A DNA stretch of 64,000 nucleotides from Candidatus Latescibacterota bacterium. GTDB taxonomy: Bacteria > Latescibacterota > UBA2968 > GCA-2709665. Within the stretch, counting starts at the first letter, position 1, and each line of letters opens with the position of its first letter. The notes under the pieces were generated by a model that saw nothing but the letters and a program-made list of their open reading frames with translations, did not search any database and was not told where the DNA came from. Shown here one piece after another: positions 58,472-64,000 of this stretch. Position numbers and translations under genes: made by a program. The DNA lies in NCBI GenBank assembly GCA_965219995.1, contig CBDCOX010000002.1, forward strand, positions 1,280,001 through 1,344,000. The letters run 5' to 3'.

Positions 58472-60553
58472 TCACCCGGCATGCCCCGTCAGACTCTCGA
58501 GGTCTACGGATTCGGCGCGCCTTCGCAACGCCTCGTGGCGTACCAGGTCCGGATCCCGATCCAGGAGCCGGACCGCCTCTTCACGAGCCGTCCGGACCAG
58601 GTCCACGTCCCGCGTCAGGTCGGCAAAGCGAAACTCGGGATACCCTGCCTGCCGGGTGCCGAAGATCTGTCCAGGGCCGCGGATCTTCAAGTCCGTCTCC
58701 GCGATTTCGAACCCGTCGCCGGTGGAGCCCATCGCGTCCAGCCTGGCGCGCGCGTCCGGGGTGAGCTCGCCCTCCGGGTCGGCGATCAGGATGCAGTACG
58801 AATTCGCGGCCCCGCGACCCACGCGGCCCCTGAGCTGGTGGAGCTGCGCCAGGCCGAACCGTTCCGCGTGTTCCACCATCATCACCGTCGCTCCGGGAAC
58901 GTCCACCCCCACCTCGATCACCGTTGTGGACACCAGGACATCCAGCGCGCCGTTTCGGAACGCGGCCATCACCGCCTCTTTCTCCGCGGGAGGAAGGCGG
59001 CCGTGCAGCAGCCCCAGCCTCAGCCCCGACAGGACGCCGTCCCGTAATTCCCCGAACGCCGCGGACGCGGTCCTGATGTCCCCCGCCCCGGACGCTTCGA
59101 TCACCGGAAAGACGATGTAAGCCTGCCCGCCATCCGACACCTGTTCGCGCAAAAAGCGATAGGCCCTCTCCCTGTCCGCAGCGGTCCGCCAGCCGGTCTT
59201 CACCGGTTGCCGTCCCGGGGGCAGCTCGTCAAGCACCGTCACGTCCAGATCCCCGTACAGCGTGAGCGCAAGCGAGCGGGGGATGGGCGTGGCGGTCATT
59301 ACCAGCAGGTGGGCGAGGGCCTCCTTCTCCAGCAGAGCGGCCCGCTGCAACACGCCGAACCGGTGCTGCTCGTCCACAACGGCAAGACCCAGCCTGGCGA
59401 AGACGACGTTCTCCTGCAGGAGCGCGTGGGTGCCCGCCACCAGATGAACGCGGCCCGAGGCCAGGCCTGAGAGGATTTCGCGGCGCCGTGACCGGGTCTG
59501 CCTCCCGGTGAGGCACGCCACGGAAAGCCCGAGCGGGGCCGTTAGCGCCTGGATGGTCTCGGCGTGCTGCTCGGCCAGAATCTCGGTGGGGGCCATCAGC
59601 GCCGCCTGCGCGGCGCCGTCCACCGCCGACAGCATCGCGGCCGCGGCCACCAGGGTCTTGCCCGACCCCACGTCGCCCTGCAGCAGCCGGCGCATGGGCC
59701 TGCCCCGCGCGAGGTCCGCGCCAATCTCCTGCATCGCGCGTTGCTGGGCGCAGGTGGGTTCAAAGGGCAATGTCGCCATCAATCGCGCGGTCAGGGCGCC
59801 TTCCGCGTTAAACACGGGGCCCGGCCGTTCGTTCCGGGCCGGCTGCAACCCCCTCAGGCGCAATTGGAAATAAAACAACTCATCGAATGCGAGCCTGCGC
59901 CGGGCCGCCTCCACGTCCTGCCTCCCGTCGGGAAAATGAAGCATTGCCACGGCCTCGCGGAGCGGGAGCGAACCTTGCCGGGCCCGCAGCGCGTCCCGCA
60001 AGGGGTCTTCCAGGTCCACGTCCTGCAGCGCGTCGTAGATGACGCGGCGCAACCCGCGGCTGGTGAGTCGCTCCGCCTTCATCCGCGCCGTTGTCGAATA
60101 GACGGGTATGACGCGTCCCGTATGGACCCGCGTTCTCTCTTCGCGCTCGGAAATCACCTCGACGTCGGGGTGGACCATCTGCCGTTTTCGGCCGAATCTG
60201 GTCACTTTGCCACCGACCGCCAGGAGATCGCCGGGCGCGAACGCCTGCCGGAGGTACCGGTGCCCCGCAAACCAGACGCACTCCAGCGTGCCCGATTCGT
60301 CTTCCAGCACGAGAACGAACCGGGGACGCCTGCCCGGAACCACGTTTACGCCGCGAACCGTGGCGACGGCCGTGACCTCCCCGCCCGTGCCCAGATCCGC
60401 GATGCGCGACTGCCGCGACCGGTCCACGTACCGGTACGGTAGATAGAGGAGGAGGTCCGCAAGGGTAGAGATCCCCATCTCCCGCAGCAGATCCTCCCGT
60501 TTCGCGCCGACGCCGCGTGTCGTATTGACGGGAACGTCCAGTTCGGGAAACAT
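58472..60553 (-). CDS. recG: ATP-dependent DNA helicase RecG
   Basis: QGDVGSGKT, DEQHRFGV, TATPIPR, QLHQLRGRVGRG, RGPG...GTRQAG. Confidence 0.97.
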   Translation of the reverse strand: MFPELDVPVNTTRGVGAKREDLLREMGISTLADLLLYLPYRYVDRSRQSRIADLGTGGEVTAVATVRGVNVVPGRRPRFVLVLEDESGTLECVWFAGHRYLRQAFAPGDLLAVGGKVTRFGRKRQMVHPDVEVISEREERTRVHTGRVIPVYSTTARMKAERLTSRGLRRVIYDALQDVDLEDPLRDALRARQGSLPLREAVAMLHFPDGRQDVEAARRRLAFDELFYFQLRLRGLQPARNERPGPVFNAEGALTARLMATLPFEPTCAQQRAMQEIGADLARGRPMRRLLQGDVGSGKTLVAAAAMLSAVDGAAQAALMAPTEILAEQHAETIQALTAPLGLSVACLTGRQTRSRRREILSGLASGRVHLVAGTHALLQENVVFARLGLAVVDEQHRFGVLQRAALLEKEALAHLLVMTATPIPRSLALTLYGDLDVTVLDELPPGRQPVKTGWRTAADRERAYRFLREQVSDGGQAYIVFPVIEASGAGDIRTASAAFGELRDGVLSGLRLGLLHGRLPPAEKEAVMAAFRNGALDVLVSTTVIEVGVDVPGATVMMVEHAERFGLAQLHQLRGRVGRGAANSYCILIADPEGELTPDARARLDAMGSTGDGFEIAETDLKIRGPGQIFGTRQAGYPEFRFADLTRDVDLVRTAREEAVRLLDRDPDLVRHEALRRRAESVDLESLTGHAG

Positions 60554-60795
60554 CGAACAACCTTTCGTGACTTCGCGGGATGAATGGGACCGTGCGAATA
60601 TAGATCATCTGAAAAATCCCGTCAAGAACCCGTCGGCTTCTCCGAGGCCGGAGAACGAGCAGATCCATTTTCCTTGGTTCCGCCCGGTTCGCGCCTTATC
60701 ATGTTTGTACGTTCTCATCCGTTTCGAGTCTCAACGTCCAACAGAGGCGTGCGTTCCCTCCTGCGAATCAACCGACCGCAACGCCGAGGAGAGCA

Positions 60796-61482
60796 ATGGA
60801 TTCCGGTTCCATCCACGACGCCGCGGGTAGCGGCGACCTCGACGCGGTGAAGGAAATCATCGACGAACATCCCGAGGCGGTCGACCAGGACGACCGGCAC
60901 GGGTGGCGCCCCATATTCCACGCCGGTTTGCGCCGCCGCCTCGAGATTGTCCGATATCTGATCGACAGCGGCGCCGACCTTGCGGCTCACGACGGGTACG
61001 CAATGCACTATGCTGCCGAAGTGCCCGAAAATAAGGATGTCGTATCGTTACTGGTCACGTACGGCGGAGTGGACGCCCATACGAAACCGGCGAGCGAAGT
61101 TGCGCGCCAGCTCATCTACTCGGTCTTTCTGGCAAACGCGCCGCGCGTCGATGCCCTGCTCCACGCGAATGGGTGGCTCGCGCATGAACGGTACGCACGC
61201 GGTGACACGGCCCTGCACCACGCCTGCCGGAATGGCGACCTGAATGTTGTCATCCACCTGGTCGCTCACGGCGCCGACGTCAATGCCAGGTCGGACAACG
61301 GTCACTTTCCGCTGTACTGCGCCGCGGGACACGGACACGCGGAAACAACGCGGTACGTCCTCGAGCGCGGCGCGGACCCGGACCAGAGAATGCCGGACGG
61401 CAAAACGGTTGCCGTCTGGTTGCGACAATACGCCCACCATGACAGCCGAATGAAGGCCTGTCTGGAAATACTCGAAAGTTAA
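60796..61482 (+). CDS. Ankyrin-repeat protein
   Basis: IHDAAGSGD, GDTALHHACRNG, PLYCAAGHGH, GADP. Confidence 0.9.
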   Translation: MDSGSIHDAAGSGDLDAVKEIIDEHPEAVDQDDRHGWRPIFHAGLRRRLEIVRYLIDSGADLAAHDGYAMHYAAEVPENKDVVSLLVTYGGVDAHTKPASEVARQLIYSVFLANAPRVDALLHANGWLAHERYARGDTALHHACRNGDLNVVIHLVAHGADVNARSDNGHFPLYCAAGHGHAETTRYVLERGADPDQRMPDGKTVAVWLRQYAHHDSRMKACLEILES

Positions 61483-62102
61483 CCAATCGGGATGGGTGCC
61501 GCGCACGTAAGCGCCCGCGTACCGCCCCGTCCGACCACACGGTACCGGTACGAAAATGCAGCGAAAAACGTCCGGGCGCGGGATGAGACATTACGCCGTG
61601 TGCGGTGGCGAATAAATTCACTTGACAAGGTTTGCGCCATTCCTTTTATTAGGGAAACGTCGGAATATATTCGTACTGCTTATCAACGCTTTTTCCCAGT
61701 ATGATCGTAATAAGCGTCATCCAGAGACGCTATCTGCTGTGGCACGGCGGCCTGTATTTCAGTTGAATTCGTTCTTGCCAGGCCCACCCTGCCGATCGCC
61801 AGTCCATTCCACGCGTGAGGGTCGAATGTAACAGATCAACACCCAAATCCCGCAGCCCGCAAGTCGGGCGTTCATTCGATAACAAGCGCAACGCGTGTTG
61901 CAACTCATCTTACGGAAGCACCCCCAAACTGATCGGAGTGACCGATTCGCGACAGTCGAAACGATGAAGTCTGAAGGTGGTTTTTTGTAGGATGTTCGTG
62001 ACGGGGAGGCATTACCCGATGCCCACGCCGCCCCGTCGGCAACCGTTGCGGCCATCATCTTGCACGGGCCGCGGCAAGTAACTTATTTTTAGGGAGGTAG
62101 AC

Positions 62103-62432
62103 ATGGCAGGTAGAGTTATCGTAGGTCTCATCGCCCTCGGCGCGATTATTGGGGGCCTGGCTGGCGACGGGTTCCTGGGAGAGGGAATCCTCGCGCTCGT
62201 GCTGGTCATCCTGGGTCTCGCCTATGCGGGCGTTGCGATCGACGCTGAGGACGCAACGGCCTACCTCGTGCTCGCACTTGCCGTCGGCGGCGCAGGGATG
62301 GCTAACGTGCTGGGTAACATCCCGGGAATCGGCGAGAAACTGGACGCAATCGTCGATCTGGCCAGCGTTTCCCTGTATGCCGGTGTGGTTACCGTGTTAG
62401 TACAGAGAACTCTGAATCGGCTGAAGGGTTAG
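62103..62432 (+). CDS. Small hydrophobic membrane protein of unknown function
   Basis: Strong SD (AGGGAGG); 109 aa with about four hydrophobic segments. Confidence 0.7.
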   Translation: MAGRVIVGLIALGAIIGGLAGDGFLGEGILALVLVILGLAYAGVAIDAEDATAYLVLALAVGGAGMANVLGNIPGIGEKLDAIVDLASVSLYAGVVTVLVQRTLNRLKG

Positions 62433-62633
62433 CAGTTCTGGCTGAACAGGCATCATTCTTCAGGCAGGCAACCGGCCTGTCCTTCGCCGGCGTTTCCAAC
62501 ATTCTATCCGCGCAGCGGAATTCGAACTCCCCCATCGAAGAGCCGCTGCACTGACGCCAGCAACGGAACGGTCGCTTTCGAACAAGAGAGAGAGATTCCT
62601 GCCTGCATGGCACGGTACCAATAGAGTTTCTGG

Positions 62634-62714
62634 ACAGGTCGCCGGATTTCCTGACCCGATTTCCGGCGACCTGTTTTTATGTACAAGACCCCCGGGGTAC
62701 CGCGGGGGTCTTGT
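62634..62714 (+). terminator. Terminator hairpin followed by a second hairpin
   Basis: ACAGGTCGCCGGA/TCCGGCGACCTGT plus TTTT; then ACAAGACCCCCG/CGGGGGTCTTGT. Confidence 0.65.
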
Positions 62715-62782
62715 CGTATCCCGCAGATCCGATCAAAGGCTGCATCCGGCGCATTGAAATACGTTCATCGGAGACACGGAAG

Positions 62783-64000
62783 ATGGCGCCCGATCGTGCG
62801 ATGCGAACCTCCGTACTTCTGCTGGCTATGGTCTTCATCGGATGCCAGCCGGACGAAACCCTAACCGTCTCCGGCGCGGTGTCGAAACCGGGGAATTATC
62901 GATTCGCGCCGGGCAGGCAGGCCGCGGATTATGTGGCGGATGCGGGCGGCGCAACGGAAGAGGCGCTGTTGGAAAAGGCCTACGTGTTGCGTTCTCGGAC
63001 GGACACGTCCGCTGCGGTGGAAAGCGGAGACGCGACGATTCCGCTCTCCGATAATCCGGAGCTGTCACCCGGGGATGAGATACGGATTCCCGCGCGTATC
63101 TATGACGTGCGGCTGGACACCGTTCGGCGTGTGAACGACGTCAGGCTGGCCTACCGGGATCGAATCTATCGGATTCCCTCGGGCGCTCTGGTGACCGGAC
63201 GGACGGAACGCGGCGTCCAGGTTGCGGTGGTGCTGGGGCGCGGAGAGGCAATTGAGCCGCCCGATACCGCGAAGGCCGTGTCCGCCTTTCACTATCTGTA
63301 CATCCATCTGCACCCCGGCGAATACCCGCGGCTGGCGCGATTTGCCGGCGACGTGCTGGACAGCATGGACGTGCTCGATGACGCCCGCGTTATCCACACG
63401 CGGGTCGTTAGCTCCCTGGAACACCGGCGTGGAGGAGGTCTGCAGCTTGCACCCGAAGGGTATTGGCGCGTGATCGAAGGCTTTTTCCTGGCCCCGAGGA
63501 AGACATCGCGACCGGCAAGAGGCATGCGCAGGCGGCGGTTCGAGGACGGACGCGTGCTGACGACCTTTCCGGACGGACGGGAACGATGGCAGCACCCCGA
63601 CGGGCGGGTCAGGATAACGTCTCCGGGCGGCGCCACCGAAGACCGGTTTCCCGACGGAAGAATTGTGTTCACCGACCGGTGGAAGAACGTGCGCACCACG
63701 TACCCCGACGGACGGATCAACGTGACGTTTCCAAGCGGCGCCATCGAAGACCGGTTTCCCGACGGAAGAATTGTGTTCACCGACCGGCGGAAGAACGTGC
63801 GCACCACGTACCCCGACGGCCGCCAGGAATTGCGAATGGCAACGGGCAGGCGGGTGACGATTCGGGCCGACGGCACCGTGCTTCACTCCGTTCCCGCGGA
63901 CACCCGTGTGGAGGAACCTGTCCGGGACACGATCCGTGAACCCGTTGCGGCGACCCGGACCGATAGTGGCCGCCCGGCGCCCCGCGGCGAGGGAAGTCTG
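62783..64000 (+). CDS. Lipoprotein with an SLBB domain and PDG (TCP10-C-like) repeats; 3' truncated, absent from the ORF track
   Basis: Manual translation is open for 406 codons: lipobox VFIGC, TVSGAVSKPGNY...YVADAGG (SLBB), then repeated FPDGR/YPDGR/HPDGR. Confidence 0.8.
   Translation, partial: MAPDRAMRTSVLLLAMVFIGCQPDETLTVSGAVSKPGNYRFAPGRQAADYVADAGGATEEALLEKAYVLRSRTDTSAAVESGDATIPLSDNPELSPGDEIRIPARIYDVRLDTVRRVNDVRLAYRDRIYRIPSGALVTGRTERGVQVAVVLGRGEAIEPPDTAKAVSAFHYLYIHLHPGEYPRLARFAGDVLDSMDVLDDARVIHTRVVSSLEHRRGGGLQLAPEGYWRVIEGFFLAPRKTSRPARGMRRRRFEDGRVLTTFPDGRERWQHPDGRVRITSPGGATEDRFPDGRIVFTDRWKNVRTTYPDGRINVTFPSGAIEDRFPDGRIVFTDRRKNVRTTYPDGRQELRMATGRRVTIRADGTVLHSVPADTRVEEPVRDTIREPVAATRTDSGRPAPRGEGSL
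63627..63819 (+). repeat. Intragenic tandem duplication
   Basis: 85-nt blocks at 63627-63711 and 63735-63819, two mismatches, period 108 nt (36 aa). Confidence 0.9.

Noticed and set aside
63627-63819. Near-identical repeats as a possible CRISPR array or DGR template/variable pair
   Set aside because: Only two 85-nt copies, in frame within a CDS. The two differences are C/T, not adenine-specific, and there is no cas or reverse transcriptase gene.

Overview
GC-rich bacterial chromosome segment. The gene content (group II GGGP synthase, long SRP RNA, Sel1 and ankyrin proteins, many toxin-antitoxin modules) suggests an FCB-group organism such as Latescibacterota or Gemmatimonadota; this is inference only. 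Two housekeeping blocks bracket an accessory zone. The left block (1-28.4 kb) holds a sigma54-driven Omp85/DUF4390/NtrY-NtrX-like operon, ptsH-ptsI-metK-ahcY, recA-recX-alaS-GGGPS, ffs-dnaX-ybaB-recR-pgsA-pgpA-thpR, tadA and four tRNAs, with small defence inserts (Mrr, NYN) between the two tRNA-Ser genes. The right block (53.9-64 kb) holds recG, pfkB, hflKC and coaE. The zone from tRNA-Asn to coaE (28.4-53.9 kb) is a defence/TA-rich patchwork with no integrase. The best candidate for an undescribed system is a five-gene, visibly AT-richer cluster at 37.1-43.6 kb: C5 cytosine methyltransferase, MORC/GHKL ATPase with Zn ribbon, Mrr-type nuclease fused to an SF2 helicase, a 175-aa unknown protein, and Vsr. 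A HEPN-motif gene precedes it. A second candidate is an in-frame HigA-HTH::SIR2 fusion with substituted catalytic residues. An ORF absent from the supplied track (62783 to the window end) encodes an SLBB-domain lipoprotein with TCP10-like PDG repeats. No CRISPR array, rRNA or intact transposase was seen. All family assignments come from motif recognition, not database searches.
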